From: Bdellovibrionota bacterium
Lineage (GTDB): Bacteria; Bdellovibrionota_G; JALEGL01; DATDPG01
Length of the DNA: 64,000 bases
Assembly (NCBI GenBank): GCA_963668355.1
Contig: OY764265.1
Coordinates: 2,080,001-2,144,000, forward strand
Direction of reading: 5' to 3'
Under the pieces are notes generated by a model, which was not told where the DNA came from, did no database searches, and was given only the letters and a program-made list of their open reading frames with translations. The position numbers and the translations under genes were made by a program. This document shows, in pieces, positions 40,190 to 51,366 of the stretch (position 1 is the first letter of the stretch; each line of letters opens with the position of its first letter).

Positions 40190-41239
40190 ATGAGCATGAA
40201 TAAGATTGTTGAATTACTCGGTGAAGATAAGGCGTTACTTGATTATCAATGTAAGGGAATCAAACGCGAACACTTGCATCTTCCGGGACCTGACTTTGTA
40301 GACCGAACGTGGATTCAGTCTGATCGATCTGTAAATGTTCTTAAGAATATGGGATGGATGTTTGAGAAAGGACGTTTGGGCGGAACGGGTTATCTTTCCA
40401 TTCTTCCTGTTGATCAAGGCATTGAACATTCCGCAGGAGCCTCCTTTGCCCCGAATCCCATTTATTTCGATCCCTCCAATATTGTGGAGTTGGCGATTGA
40501 AGGTGGGTGTAATGCTGTGGCTTCGACGTTTGGTGTTTTGGGATCAGTTGCACGAAAGTACGCACACAAGATTCCCTTCATTCTGAAAATGAACCACAAC
40601 GAATTTTTAAGCTACCCCAATGGTTATGATCAGATTCCTTTTGCCAATGTAGAAAAGGCGTTTGATTTGGGAGCAGCTGGAATTGGAGCCACGATCTATT
40701 TTGGTTCGGAAGAATCCAAGCGTCAGATCATTGAAGTGAGTGAAATGTTTTCTCATGCGCATGACTTGGGAATGTTCACCGTTCTTTGGTGTTACTTGAG
40801 GAACTCCGAATTTAAAAAGGATAAGGACTACCATGTGTCGGCGGACTTGACCGGGCAGGCGAATCACCTTGGCGTGACCATTGAAGCGGACATCATTAAA
40901 CAAAAGCTTCCAGAGAACAATGGCGGATACAATGCCCTTAAGTTTGGAAAAACGCACCCACGGGTCTACAGCGAACTGGCTCCGGACCATCCAATTGAGT
41001 TGACTCGTTATCAAGTGGCCAATTGCTATATGGGACGAGCGGGTTTGATCAATTCCGGTGGAGCGTCTGGATCCAACGACTTGGCAGATGCGGTCAAAAC
41101 GGCCGTCATCAACAAGCGTGCAGGTGGAACCGGCTTAATTTCTGGACGGAAGGCCTTTCAACGACCCATGAAAGAAGGCGTTGAGATTCTCAATGCGATT
41201 CAGGATGTGTATCTCGAGAAAGAGATTACGGTCGCCTAA
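40190..41239 (+). CDS. fbaB: Class I fructose-bisphosphate aldolase
   Basis: [32 protein letters not shown]. Confidence 0.95.
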   Translation: MSMNKIVELLGEDKALLDYQCKGIKREHLHLPGPDFVDRTWIQSDRSVNVLKNMGWMFEKGRLGGTGYLSILPVDQGIEHSAGASFAPNPIYFDPSNIVELAIEGGCNAVASTFGVLGSVARKYAHKIPFILKMNHNEFLSYPNGYDQIPFANVEKAFDLGAAGIGATIYFGSEESKRQIIEVSEMFSHAHDLGMFTVLWCYLRNSEFKKDKDYHVSADLTGQANHLGVTIEADIIKQKLPENNGGYNALKFGKTHPRVYSELAPDHPIELTRYQVANCYMGRAGLINSGGASGSNDLADAVKTAVINKRAGGTGLISGRKAFQRPMKEGVEILNAIQDVYLEKEITVA

Positions 41240-41270
41240 CTTTTTTTAGGTTCTAAAGTTCAGTTCCTTT

Positions 41271-41310
41271 AAGGGCTTGAGGGGGAATCCCCTTCAAGCC
41301 CTTGTTTTTG
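41271..41310 (+). terminator. Intrinsic terminator after fbaB
   Basis: AAGGGCTTGAGGGG / CCCCTTCAAGCCCTT stem followed by a T-tract. Confidence 0.75.
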
Positions 41311-41415
41311 AAGGGTGTAAAAGGGGTTGACTCGATGCGTTAAGTTGAATAAAAAGCTTGTCGGTTGCAGAAGGAACTTTTAGTTCTATTCTTTGTAGTT
41401 TGTTGAAATGAGCGG

Positions 41416-42126
41416 ATGGGGATGCAGATGGGTCACTTTATTGAAGAACGAATACGACAAAAACTTGAATCGATGAATATGTCGGTCAGTGAGCTGGCCA
41501 ATCGTGTGAAAGTCAGCCGAGTGGCTCTGTATCATTTGTTCAAGGGAAGGTATTCCCGAGAGATGTTGGAGCGTGTTTCTTCGGTCTTGTCCATTCCGGT
41601 CCATGTTCTTTTGACGCCGCTCGCAGAAACCAATCACCCCGAACACGATCAAAAACTTTTAAGTGCTTATCACGCGGCACCCAAACCTTTGCAGGAGGCT
41701 GTGGATTTTTCATTGGGCATTGCCAAATGCGATGATCGAGAAGGAAAATTTACGGCACTGGTTTTGGATGATTTGGAAGATAATGTGGATTTGCTGGCGA
41801 GGACCTTACGCAAAGAGTTTATCGTTCTTCCCTTTACCGATCCTCATGAAGCTTTGGAGGCGATCGGTAAACACAATGTGGATGTCATCATCACGGATCA
41901 ACGAATGCCCACTTTGACCGGGACGGAGTTTCTTTCCCATGTGGACGAATTTCAAAAGCCCATGGTGAAAATGATCGTTTCTGCTTACTCAGACAATGAG
42001 GCGTTTATGGAGGCCATCAACCGTGCTCATGTGGACGCTTTCATCATTAAGCCGTTTGAGCCTCAAGAGTTGAGACGAAAGCTTCGAGAGATTTTAAAGT
42101 CTCGCGAACCGGCTTTACCGAATTAA
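41416..42126 (+). CDS. XRE-type HTH + C-terminal receiver domain regulator
   Basis: MSVSELANRVKVSRVALY HTH; LVLDD..ITDQRMP..IVSAY..KPF. Confidence 0.85.
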   Translation: MGMQMGHFIEERIRQKLESMNMSVSELANRVKVSRVALYHLFKGRYSREMLERVSSVLSIPVHVLLTPLAETNHPEHDQKLLSAYHAAPKPLQEAVDFSLGIAKCDDREGKFTALVLDDLEDNVDLLARTLRKEFIVLPFTDPHEALEAIGKHNVDVIITDQRMPTLTGTEFLSHVDEFQKPMVKMIVSAYSDNEAFMEAINRAHVDAFIIKPFEPQELRRKLREILKSREPALPN

Positions 42127-43521
42127 GTCAAAAGCTTCTTGAGCAGCTTGGTTGGCCGACTCAATGACGTCCGGCACGCCCACTCCTCGATAACCGTTTC
42201 CCACCAAGAAGAGTCCCTTGAACTCTTTTTTCAATCGATCCAGGTGATCCATGGTTTGCAGATGTCCCAAGGGGTATTGCGGCATGCAGCTTTTCCACTT
42301 GGCGAAGGAAACGCAAAGGGGTGGACCTTGAATGCCCAATATTTTTCTAAGTTCGGATTCAACGGTGGGAATGATTTCTTCTTTCGATCGCTCCATGAGT
42401 TCATGAAGAGGTTTCCCCCCCATAAAGGCTCTTAAGAGAACCGTGTTTTCGGGCGCCCGTTGTTCGAATTTTTGATGGCTGAATGAACAGGCCAATAGAT
42501 TTCGTTTTTCCAATTGGGGAATGACAAAGCCCATTCCATTTGGAACGTGATCGAGTTGAGATGTTTTGAATCCAAAATTGATCGTGATGGACGTTGAGTA
42601 GGAAATTCCATTCAAGATACTCGCCATTTCAGGAGATTCCGATTGGATGAGTTGAGCCGTTTGGTGAGCCGGTAGGGCCAACGTTAACCAGTCGGTTTCA
42701 TGGATTTGTCCATTGTCCAGCTTCACCATCCAGGTCCCCGAAGGGTTTCTTGCGAAAGATTGAATGGAAGTGTTGGAGTAGAGCGAAGAGGAAGGAATCC
42801 TTTTCAGCAGTTCTTGCACCAAGGTTTCCATACCTTCTTTGAAAGAAAGGAAGAGGCTGTAGCGAGGACCGCTGGCTCTGGCACGAAGGGTGTTCAAAAG
42901 TCCTCGTGTGACACTCCCATATTTTTGTTCCATTTGAATGAAGCGAGGCATGGTGGCTTGAAGGCTTAACTCTTCCGGGTCTGCGCTGTAGATCCCAGCC
43001 ACCAAAGGTTGAGCCATCCGATCCAAGAGTTCTTGCCCGAAACGTCTTTTGACAAAGGATCCCAACGTTTCGTCCTCATTTGATTTTCTTTTAGGGATGA
43101 ACAATTCGCAACCGGCACGGATTTTTCCGGGCCAGGTCATGAGAGGGCTTTTGATGAAAGGCCAGGGAGCGGTCGGGGCCATTAAATAAAAGCCTTCCGG
43201 AATCGAATGAAGACGACCCCTGTGTAAAATGAAGCTTCTTCGAAACTCCGTTCGTGTTTCTAGGAGCTGCTCTTCCAGTCCAAGTTCTTTAACCAGTCTC
43301 AGTCCCGCTGGTTTTTCCGAGATGAAGCAATCCGGACCTTTTTCGTGGAGGAAGCCATCTTTTTTTTGGCTTTCAATGACGCCCCCAAACCGAGAGCAGG
43401 CTTCAAAGAGTTTGATGTCGAGATCCAGTTCACGTTCTTTCGCCATTTTCTGCATTCGATGAACACAGGAAAGTCCGCCGATTCCCCCTCCCACCACAAT
43501 GGCGCGTATCTTCTTCGTCAT
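42115..43521 (-). CDS. hemG: Protoporphyrinogen/coproporphyrinogen oxidase (HemY type)
   Basis: GGGIGGL FAD motif; EKGPDCF; MPQY; GVGVPD; follows hemE. Confidence 0.92.
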   Translation of the reverse strand: MTKKIRAIVVGGGIGGLSCVHRMQKMAKERELDLDIKLFEACSRFGGVIESQKKDGFLHEKGPDCFISEKPAGLRLVKELGLEEQLLETRTEFRRSFILHRGRLHSIPEGFYLMAPTAPWPFIKSPLMTWPGKIRAGCELFIPKRKSNEDETLGSFVKRRFGQELLDRMAQPLVAGIYSADPEELSLQATMPRFIQMEQKYGSVTRGLLNTLRARASGPRYSLFLSFKEGMETLVQELLKRIPSSSLYSNTSIQSFARNPSGTWMVKLDNGQIHETDWLTLALPAHQTAQLIQSESPEMASILNGISYSTSITINFGFKTSQLDHVPNGMGFVIPQLEKRNLLACSFSHQKFEQRAPENTVLLRAFMGGKPLHELMERSKEEIIPTVESELRKILGIQGPPLCVSFAKWKSCMPQYPLGHLQTMDHLDRLKKEFKGLFLVGNGYRGVGVPDVIESANQAAQEAFDLIR

Positions 43522-44555
43522 TAGCGATGACTCTTTTCGTGGACGAAATCGATGAGTCGAATGACATGATCCACCGGAGTGGAAGGAAGCACTCCGTGAG
43601 CTAAGTTAAAAATATGTCCGGGGCGGCCTTCCGCTTCATTTAAAATCCGCATGGCTTCTTTTTCAATTTCTTTGGGCGTGGTGAGAAGAATTTGGGGATC
43701 GAAATTGCCTTGAATGGCCACGTTTGGAAAATCTTCCATGGCTTGGCGTACGGATACATCTGAGTCAATCCCAACCACACTTGCCCCGATTTCAGTAGCG
43801 ATAAGGTTCAAGAGTTCTTTTGTTTTGGTTCCAAAGTGAATAATGGGCACTTCAGATGGAAGTGAAGCAATGAGGCGCTTGGTATGTGGAAGAACGTATT
43901 GGGAATATTCTTCCCGTGAGAGGAGTCCCACCCAACTGTCGAATATTTGAAGAGCTTGGGCTCCTCCTTGAACTTGGGAATTTAAATAAGACGCGGTGAG
44001 TGTGGTGATGTGAGACAAAAAAGTATTCCACTCTTCGGTTCTTTCCTGCATGAATGATCGTGTTCTGGAGAAGTCTTTCGAACTTCCACCTTCAATGGCG
44101 TACGCCGCAACCGTGAAGGGCGCGCCTGAAAATCCGATGACGGGCATTCGTTGGTTGAGTTCTCGTTTGGTTAGAGAGATCGCATCTTTTACAAAAGGAA
44201 GAGGATCATGAGGATGTTGGACAATTTCTTCCATCCGTTCCAAGTCTGAGGACCCAGAAAAAGGATTGGAGATGACGGGCCCTTTTCCTTCCACGTAGTC
44301 CAGGTCAAAGCCCAAGGGTTCAAGAATCAAGAGGATGTCTGAAAAAATGATGGCGGCATCGGGATTGATTTTGTTGACGGCGGTTAACGTTGCTTCACAA
44401 ACCAATTCCGGAGACTTGCAGAGCTGAAGAAAACTCACTTTTTGGCGAAGTTCTCGATACTCCTTCATGTATCGTCCGATTTGTCTCATTAGCCAAATGG
44501 GAGTGAAGGAGGTGGTCTCTCGTCGACAAGCTTTTAAAAATGCAAATTCATTCAC
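43521..44555 (-). CDS. hemE: Uroporphyrinogen decarboxylase
   Basis: PIWLMRQIGRY, IIFSDIL, GFSGAPFT, QIFDSW, IFNLAHG. Confidence 0.96.
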   Translation of the reverse strand: MNEFAFLKACRRETTSFTPIWLMRQIGRYMKEYRELRQKVSFLQLCKSPELVCEATLTAVNKINPDAAIIFSDILLILEPLGFDLDYVEGKGPVISNPFSGSSDLERMEEIVQHPHDPLPFVKDAISLTKRELNQRMPVIGFSGAPFTVAAYAIEGGSSKDFSRTRSFMQERTEEWNTFLSHITTLTASYLNSQVQGGAQALQIFDSWVGLLSREEYSQYVLPHTKRLIASLPSEVPIIHFGTKTKELLNLIATEIGASVVGIDSDVSVRQAMEDFPNVAIQGNFDPQILLTTPKEIEKEAMRILNEAEGRPGHIFNLAHGVLPSTPVDHVIRLIDFVHEKSHR

Positions 44556-44772
44556 GGCTTGTCGGCGTAAACAATCTAGGGGGGTGTGTCAAATTCGAAT
44601 GCGACATTCCAGGGATGTGGTCCAAAATGCGACAAGTGCGACCCATTTTCCACATATAAAATGAAAAAAATGTGTAGATTTTACACTCCACTGTGATATT
44701 AATGTGACAAGGAGATAGGGGAATCCTAAAAAATTAGGAATTACTAACGCACTCCGGAAAGGGAGGATACCG

Positions 44773-46290
44773 GTGCGCAGGGGGATCTTTACACTAATTT
44801 TCGTAGCTACGTTTTCTGCAAACGCCTTTGCAGGAATCAACATGGTCAACAAATCGAGTGGGGGGCAGGCTTTGACAAGGGCCAATCAGGTTGCCGCTCG
44901 TTTTCTGGAGGATTTGCGTGTCGTCTACCAACTTCCAGATTCCAGTGACTTTGCTCGACAAGAGACCAAGGAGGCACTGGGACATTTTTGCATGAAATTC
45001 GCTCAGACTTTTCATTCCGTGGAGATTTTGGGCTCTGGCGCCACAATTTGTTTTGATCCATCTGGGGCAGAGCAAGATAGAAGCGAGGAGCTTTGCGCAG
45101 GAACTTGCCTGGATCGAGCCGTTGGTTCTTTGATCACGAAGGATATGGCGGCTGAGCAAGCAGAACGAAGGATGATCGAAGCTTTGGGAAGCGAATTTGG
45201 TCAAGTGGTGAGTGTAGATGTTCAAGAAGCCTGGATTGAACCCATGGCCGGACAAGGTTTGGTGGGTTCATATCTTGTTCACTTTGATACGAAACGGCAG
45301 GGGAGTCCTTTTCCTGAGGGCAAATACATTGCTTTTTTAGATGGAGTATCGGGAGAACTCTTGGGGGTTGAAAATCGCATCTTCCACAATATGGCCTTTG
45401 GAAATGTGTATTTGAAAGATCCAGCGACCACGCCGACACCTCAAATCATGGAGTTGAATCATTTGTTGAGCGTTGATCAGTTGGCCCACATCGACTTTCG
45501 AGTGGTGAATGAAGATGGCGAAAATGTGTCCTCCATGGATGGGGATTACATCTTCGGGCCGGAAGATCCTGAATTCGATGAAGTCCAAGCTTATTACTCT
45601 TTGGACTTTGCGATTAGCCGAATGGGCGACTGGGGATACATGCAAACCTTCCCTCAGATTCCGATCTACGTTCATTTTGGAGAGGGGATGTCCAATGCCT
45701 TCTATGATGGAATGAAGATCGTTCTCGGTGATGGCGACGGGGAGACGTACTTGAGCTTTGCACGAGACAATACGATTCTCACCCATGAATACGGTCATGC
45801 TGTGGTTGATCATTTGGCCGGAATTCGTGTGATCTCTGAGATGGGAGATGGTGGAGCCATTCATGAGGGGCAAGCCGATTATTTTGCTTGTGCCATTTAT
45901 GAAGATCCCGTTTTGGGTGCTGGGGTGATCGCTGATGGGACGCCGTTGCGTCGTTGTGACACGTTTCTTCCTTATGATGAAAAAGATGGCGAAAGCCATT
46001 TCTCCGGGCAAGTGTGGTCGGGAGCTCTTTGGGAGATTCGAACCATCTTAGGCGGGGAGCGTGTGGATCGGTTGGCCTTGCAGGCACTGATTCGTTTGGA
46101 GTCTACGGGCCCTTTTGGAACGACATACATGATGGACATGGTGGATGCACTTCTTTCGGCGAATGATGCGCTCTACGGGGGTGAAGACCAAGAAACCATC
46201 ATGGAAGTGTTCCGCTTGAGGGACTTTCCTTTGGAACCATCGTTTGTGGCAGCAGCCGCCGCAGACGGAGTTCCTTCTCCGATATTGTAA
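44773..46290 (+). CDS. Secreted thermolysin-like zinc metallopeptidase (M4/M36)
   Basis: Signal peptide; propeptide; NAFYDG; HEYGH; GAIHEGQAD. Confidence 0.85.
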   Translation: MRRGIFTLIFVATFSANAFAGINMVNKSSGGQALTRANQVAARFLEDLRVVYQLPDSSDFARQETKEALGHFCMKFAQTFHSVEILGSGATICFDPSGAEQDRSEELCAGTCLDRAVGSLITKDMAAEQAERRMIEALGSEFGQVVSVDVQEAWIEPMAGQGLVGSYLVHFDTKRQGSPFPEGKYIAFLDGVSGELLGVENRIFHNMAFGNVYLKDPATTPTPQIMELNHLLSVDQLAHIDFRVVNEDGENVSSMDGDYIFGPEDPEFDEVQAYYSLDFAISRMGDWGYMQTFPQIPIYVHFGEGMSNAFYDGMKIVLGDGDGETYLSFARDNTILTHEYGHAVVDHLAGIRVISEMGDGGAIHEGQADYFACAIYEDPVLGAGVIADGTPLRRCDTFLPYDEKDGESHFSGQVWSGALWEIRTILGGERVDRLALQALIRLESTGPFGTTYMMDMVDALLSANDALYGGEDQETIMEVFRLRDFPLEPSFVAAAAADGVPSPIL

Positions 46291-46296
46291 GGAGGG

Positions 46297-46335
46297 GAGG
46301 GGAAGTCGTTTCATCCCCCGAGACGACTTTCCCTC
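46297..46335. terminator. Hairpin between convergent genes
   Basis: GAGGGGAAGTCGTTTC / GAGACGACTTTCCCTC. Confidence 0.55.
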
Positions 46336-46351
46336 GTCGGAGATCTATTCA

Positions 46352-49300
46352 TTAATGAAAATCTCTGGAGTTTCGTGGCAAAACTTGAGATTGATTTCGG
46401 AGTATCTGAGGAAGTGGCCAAACCTGATGAGCCAGAACACTGATGGCCAATCCATCGCGTTGCAATTTTCCTTCAATGATTAAAAAAGGTTCTTGTGTGA
46501 GAATCTTTCGTGCTTTCGCATATTGATCTGGGCGGATGGCGATGTTTGTAAAACCGGTTTCATCTTCCAAGGTAAGAAAAACCATCCCCTTGGCCGTAGG
46601 AGGGGCTTGTCGAACCATTACCAAGCCCCCCACACGAATTCTTTTTCCATTGAGGTGAGTTTTTAATCTGTTTGATGGAATGACATGAAACTGATTCATC
46701 TCGTTTCGGAAAAGATGTGCGGGATGCATGAGTGTGGAAAGCCCCGTCGTTTGATAGTCCATCGCCACGGTTTCAGAGTCAGACAGTTTGGGAAATTGAG
46801 TGGAGGGTTCTTGAATGGGAATGCCTGCGTAAAGATCTCTTTTGCTAGAGACTCCTTTCAGATGCCAGAGTGCTTCACGCCGATGGGGTTCAAACCCTGA
46901 AAAAGCACCGCACGCGGTTAATCGAAAAAGTTCTTGTTGGGAAAAAGAGGTTTGATGAACAAAATTTTCTAAAGAAGCAAAAGGGGAACGCTCTCGTTCT
47001 TGCATCATTTTCATGACAGGGACTTTTCTCATATGCGAGACCAAGCGGAGTCCTAATCTCAAGCTTCCATTTTCCAATGTGCAATCCCACTCGGATGATT
47101 GAACGTCGATGGGGAGGATCTTAACTTGATGTCGTTTGGCGTCTTCAAGGATGGAGCGCGGTGAGTAAAATCCCATGGGTTGAGCGTTGAGTAAGGCGCA
47201 TGCGAAAGCCGCAGGATGATAACATTTTAAATAGGCTGAAGCGTAGACCAGCAAAGCAAAAGAGGCGGAGTGAGACTCGGGAAAACCGAACTCTCCAAAA
47301 CTTTTGATTTGTCCATAGATATGAAGCGCTTCACTTTCTGAGAGCCCGTTGTTTTTCATTCGGGCAACCATCTTTTTTTCCAAAGCTTGTAGATCTACAG
47401 AGTCTGATGTCCGCCAGATTCCCATGGCTCGGCGGAGTTCATCGGCCTCTCCGGGATTAAAGTCAGCAATGGCCACGGCAATTTTCATGACTTGTTCTTG
47501 AAAAAGAGGAACGCCAAATGTTTTTTTCAAGATGGGTTCTAAAGCGGGATGGGGATAGTGCGTTTCTTCTTCACCGCGTCTTCGTTTAAGGTAGGGATGC
47601 ACCATACCTCCTTGAATGGGGCCCGGACGGACAATGGCAACTTCAATGACCAGGTCATGGAAGTTGCGTGGCTTTAAGCGGGGAAGCATGCCCATTTGAG
47701 CACGAGACTCAATTTGAAAGACACCTACGGTATCAGCTTGGCAAATCATGTCATAAACGTTTGGGTCTTCTGAAGGAATCGTTTGAAGTGTGAGTTCCTG
47801 GGATGTGCTTTTTAGAATGAGGTCGAAACATTTTCGAATCGCTGTAAGCATGCCCAAGGCTAAGACATCTACTTTTAACATTCCGACGGCGGCCAGATCG
47901 TTCTTGTCCCATTGAATGATGGACCTTCCGGGCATGCGTGCAGGTTCAATGGGGACACTTTCCAAAAGAGGGTCCTTTGTGAGTACAAAGCCTCCTGTGT
48001 GAATGGAAAGATGACGGGGGAATCCTTCAATCTGCTGCGAAAGGGATAGAAGGTTTTGAGAAAATTGTGATTTGGGATTGATGCCTTGTTCGTTTAAAAA
48101 GCGTTCGTTGGGTTGATGGTGGTCTCTGCGATGGAAAGATTTTGAAATTCGATTGGCTTCCAAGTGAGCGATGCCCAAAGCTTTGGCCACTTCGCGTAGG
48201 GCAGAACGCTTGCGATAACGAACGACTTCGGCCACCATGCCCGCACGATTTCGCCCATATCTTTCATAAATGTATTGGATGATTTCTTCACGTCGTTCGT
48301 GTTCAAAGTCTACGTCAATGTCTGGGGGTTCTCCGCGCTCGGCCGAGATGAATCGTTCAAATAGAAGATTCATGCGAACAGGGTCGATGGAGGTGATGCC
48401 CAAAACATAGCAAACCGCAGAATTGGCAGCGGATCCTCTTCCTTGGCAGAGAATTCCCCGCTTGCGGGCAAATTGGACAATGTCCCAGATGGTTAAAAAG
48501 TAATCTTCAAAATGAAGTTGTTGAATGAGTTTCAATTCATGTTGAAGTTGCTTTTGAACATTTGTGGGAATGCCTTTGGGGTAGGTGTATTTGGCTCCCT
48601 GTTGAACCAATTCGGTTAAATACGTTTGTGTGCTTTTTCCAGAAGGAAGAAATTCGTCCGGATAAACATATGTCAATTCATCCAGAGAAAAATGACAGGC
48701 TTGAGCGATCTCAATAGATCGTTGAAGGGCTTCAGGATGATCTGAAAATATATGAGCCATTTCTTTGGGGGATTTGAGTCTTCGCTCTGCATTGCTAAAA
48801 AGAAGTTTTCCGGCTTTTTGGACGGTGGTGCGATGGCGAATGGCGGTGAGAACGTCTTGCAAAGGTTGTCGCTGGGGGTGGTGGTAATGAACATCATTGG
48901 TTGCAAGCAAGGGGATCTGATGTCGTCGAACTTGTTCGAGGGCTTCGATGCTCAGACGAACATCGCGTACTTCCAAGGTTCGGTGGAGAGCAATGGAAAG
49001 ACGTTCCTGAAAGATGTCTTTGGCTTTTCCTAGCTCTCGGCTTTCATACGGAGGTGGAAAGAGTGCGAAAAGATCTTGATGGTATATTTGCAAGTCTTCC
49101 CAAGTAATGAGGGGAGACGTTCCTTTGGGAACAGATCGTCCGATGGAAATGAGGCGACAAAGGTTTTTGTACCCCTCATGAGAGGCAGCCAAAAGAACGA
49201 GTGTGTGGTTGGCGAGGTTGAGCTCGCTGCCAATGATGAGTGGAAACGCTATTCTTTTTGCGGCTTGGTGGGTTCGAACGACTCCATAAACTCCATTGCG

Positions 49301-49441
49301 ATCTGTGATGGCAAGGGCGGAGAGCCCGACTTTTTGGGCTTTTTTGATAAGTTCTTCGGGGTGCGAGGCTCCTTCGAGAAAGCTGTAATTGCTTTTGCAA
49401 TGTAACTCTGCATAGGGAAGAGACTGTTGGGCGTGGGACAT
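46352..49441 (-). CDS. dnaE2: Error-prone DNA polymerase III alpha (DnaE2/ImuC)
   Basis: YAELHCKSNYSFL PHP domain; GRGSAANS; PPDIDVDF; C-terminal SRDFH. Confidence 0.97.
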   Translation of the reverse strand: MSHAQQSLPYAELHCKSNYSFLEGASHPEELIKKAQKVGLSALAITDRNGVYGVVRTHQAAKRIAFPLIIGSELNLANHTLVLLAASHEGYKNLCRLISIGRSVPKGTSPLITWEDLQIYHQDLFALFPPPYESRELGKAKDIFQERLSIALHRTLEVRDVRLSIEALEQVRRHQIPLLATNDVHYHHPQRQPLQDVLTAIRHRTTVQKAGKLLFSNAERRLKSPKEMAHIFSDHPEALQRSIEIAQACHFSLDELTYVYPDEFLPSGKSTQTYLTELVQQGAKYTYPKGIPTNVQKQLQHELKLIQQLHFEDYFLTIWDIVQFARKRGILCQGRGSAANSAVCYVLGITSIDPVRMNLLFERFISAERGEPPDIDVDFEHERREEIIQYIYERYGRNRAGMVAEVVRYRKRSALREVAKALGIAHLEANRISKSFHRRDHHQPNERFLNEQGINPKSQFSQNLLSLSQQIEGFPRHLSIHTGGFVLTKDPLLESVPIEPARMPGRSIIQWDKNDLAAVGMLKVDVLALGMLTAIRKCFDLILKSTSQELTLQTIPSEDPNVYDMICQADTVGVFQIESRAQMGMLPRLKPRNFHDLVIEVAIVRPGPIQGGMVHPYLKRRRGEEETHYPHPALEPILKKTFGVPLFQEQVMKIAVAIADFNPGEADELRRAMGIWRTSDSVDLQALEKKMVARMKNNGLSESEALHIYGQIKSFGEFGFPESHSASFALLVYASAYLKCYHPAAFACALLNAQPMGFYSPRSILEDAKRHQVKILPIDVQSSEWDCTLENGSLRLGLRLVSHMRKVPVMKMMQERERSPFASLENFVHQTSFSQQELFRLTACGAFSGFEPHRREALWHLKGVSSKRDLYAGIPIQEPSTQFPKLSDSETVAMDYQTTGLSTLMHPAHLFRNEMNQFHVIPSNRLKTHLNGKRIRVGGLVMVRQAPPTAKGMVFLTLEDETGFTNIAIRPDQYAKARKILTQEPFLIIEGKLQRDGLAISVLAHQVWPLPQILRNQSQVLPRNSRDFH

Positions 49442-50779
49442 TTAGTCGAAGTATCCATGTAAAAAAACTTTCGGCTTGTGTTGATTCAACGTTTTGTAAA
49501 TCCAGAGGTTTTGGCCTGAGGTGGTTTTGGCAATGAAGTAATCGCGAGCATGTTCTTTTTTGTCCCACCACTCGCCTTGAAGTCTCTCCGGTCCAATGAA
49601 AGAGGAAATGAAATATTCATCTTGAGATGAGCGAAGGATGGTTTTCCCTCCCTTCTTCTTGGCCACAAGGGGCTCGGGGGATGAAAGAAGAAGGGAGGGA
49701 CGGGGAGAGGAGAGTGTTTTGGGCGAAGTTTGTGTGAAAGAATGTGTTTCTTTTTTCGTTTGAAGAGGTTCAAAGGGAAGGCCCTTCCAGGATGCTTCCG
49801 GACGATACCTTTCTCTTAAGGCAGCAGCGGAAACCACGGAAGGTCCAAGTTTTGCGATCAGCCGACCCAGGAGTTCATCCAGCTGCTCACCTTGTTGTTC
49901 ATATGCATCAAATAGATGAAATTGGGTGTTTTGAATGCGGGCAGGGACAGAAATTTCGATGGAGAGCGCAATGAGCGGAGAAGTTAGAACAAGTGTGTTC
50001 AGTCGTTCGCGAAGAATTTGTGACAGGACTTTGGCGTTTCGAAGGGGTTTGTGAAGTCGAATGGAAATTTCGGTTTCTTCGGAATTTTCATCTTCTAAAA
50101 ACACAACCATCTCCAACGCGGCGTGGAGTTCTTTTTGCATTCGTTTTTCAAGAGAGGCCAAGAGGTTTTTTCCTGCAAAGAGGAGCGGTTCAAGTACGGC
50201 CGTTGGGTGCTCAAATTGAAAAGACTCTCGATACGTTAGATGTGGCGTGAATCCCCTTAAGGGGAGGGAGTTTTTTCCTCGTGCACGTTGGTGTAGGAGA
50301 ACTCCAAGTGCGCCAAACCGAGGTGCCATGGTGGAGGCTGGGATTCGAGCCATCTCGCCTAAGTTTCGAATGCCTAAGAGGGAGAGCGTGCGAATGATTT
50401 CCTCTGTGGATTTTTTCTCTTCCGTTGTGAGGGGTGAAAGTGGATTTGCAAGGAAAAGCAGGCTTTGCAAAGGAAGCTGAGAAAGGGAAATGGCAGATGT
50501 GTTCTTGCCATAACGGGCGAGTACGCCCGCTGTGGGTAAATTGTCTGCAACTGCAATGTAAGCCGAAATCTTTTCTTTCTGGAGTCTTTTGTGGAGAAAG
50601 GTCGCTGTGCCCTCTGCCCCTCCAAACAGGTGTTGTGTGGTGGTGATGTCTGCATAAATCATGTCGGGAGGTCGAACCCCAATATGGGGAGAGACGCACA
50701 GAAGAAGGTTTGCTAACTCATGAAGCGATTCTGTGGACAGAGCGTTGGGCAGGTTTAGGGCGAGAATATGTGTTTTCAT
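49442..50779 (-). CDS. imuB: Y-family polymerase-like ImuB
   Basis: LFGG, QFHLF clamp motif, GPERLQGEWW..RDYF..LHGYFD. Confidence 0.9.
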   Translation of the reverse strand: MKTHILALNLPNALSTESLHELANLLLCVSPHIGVRPPDMIYADITTTQHLFGGAEGTATFLHKRLQKEKISAYIAVADNLPTAGVLARYGKNTSAISLSQLPLQSLLFLANPLSPLTTEEKKSTEEIIRTLSLLGIRNLGEMARIPASTMAPRFGALGVLLHQRARGKNSLPLRGFTPHLTYRESFQFEHPTAVLEPLLFAGKNLLASLEKRMQKELHAALEMVVFLEDENSEETEISIRLHKPLRNAKVLSQILRERLNTLVLTSPLIALSIEISVPARIQNTQFHLFDAYEQQGEQLDELLGRLIAKLGPSVVSAAALRERYRPEASWKGLPFEPLQTKKETHSFTQTSPKTLSSPRPSLLLSSPEPLVAKKKGGKTILRSSQDEYFISSFIGPERLQGEWWDKKEHARDYFIAKTTSGQNLWIYKTLNQHKPKVFLHGYFD

Positions 50780-51332
50780 TTAAAGGGACCTCCACAAAAG
50801 TTTGAGAAAGATATTTACGACTTTTCAGGACAAATAATTTGAGCCCATATTCAGAACGCTCCACGCGAAAACAAGCAGCAATGGCATAAGATGAACGGGG
50901 CGAGTTGGGAGCGGGCATGAGGAGGATGGTTGTGCCTTGTTTTTCTGCAGCCAGTTGAAGACGACGCAGGAGGGCTTGTTTGGGGGAAAACTCTAAGGCC
51001 ATTACCAAGGGAAACAAACCGCTTCGCGCAATTTGCTCCAATGCCCAGAGACACTCTTCCATCTGTTTGGGACGAATCCAAAGAAGGTAGTGTAAATTCA
51101 CACCTTCATGATTGAGGCCGGGAGGGAATACGGTGCTTCCTTGGCTGATTAGGGCCACCCACTTTCGTTGCTGAGTTAAGTGAGCGGCTGTGCGCAAAGC
51201 CAGCGTTAGCTTGCCAGCACCGCGCTTTCCCTGCAGTTCCGTTAACGCTCCCCTGACCCATCCTCCTCCGAGAAAGTCGTCCAGGAGCCCGATGCCGGTC
51301 GTTTGCAAATTCTGGAAAGAGTTTGCCTCCAT
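50718..51332 (-). CDS. imuA: RecA/SulA-like ImuA
   Basis: TGIGLLDDFLGGGW..LTEL; LRRLQLAAE; upstream of imuB. Confidence 0.88.
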   Translation of the reverse strand: MEANSFQNLQTTGIGLLDDFLGGGWVRGALTELQGKRGAGKLTLALRTAAHLTQQRKWVALISQGSTVFPPGLNHEGVNLHYLLWIRPKQMEECLWALEQIARSGLFPLVMALEFSPKQALLRRLQLAAEKQGTTILLMPAPNSPRSSYAIAACFRVERSEYGLKLFVLKSRKYLSQTFVEVPLNENTYSRPKPAQRSVHRIAS

Positions 51333-51344
51333 GAGAAGGATGAT

Positions 51345-51366
51345 ATACCATACATTTGTATGGTAT
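51345..51366. promoter_or_regulatory. Candidate LexA operator
   Basis: ATACCATACA-TT-TGTATGGTAT perfect palindrome between divergent imuA and lexA. Confidence 0.75.

Noticed and set aside
51303..51359. Longer lexA start from the ORF track
   Set aside because: Overlaps imuA and the promoter; LexA similarity begins at MVSRALT (51360)
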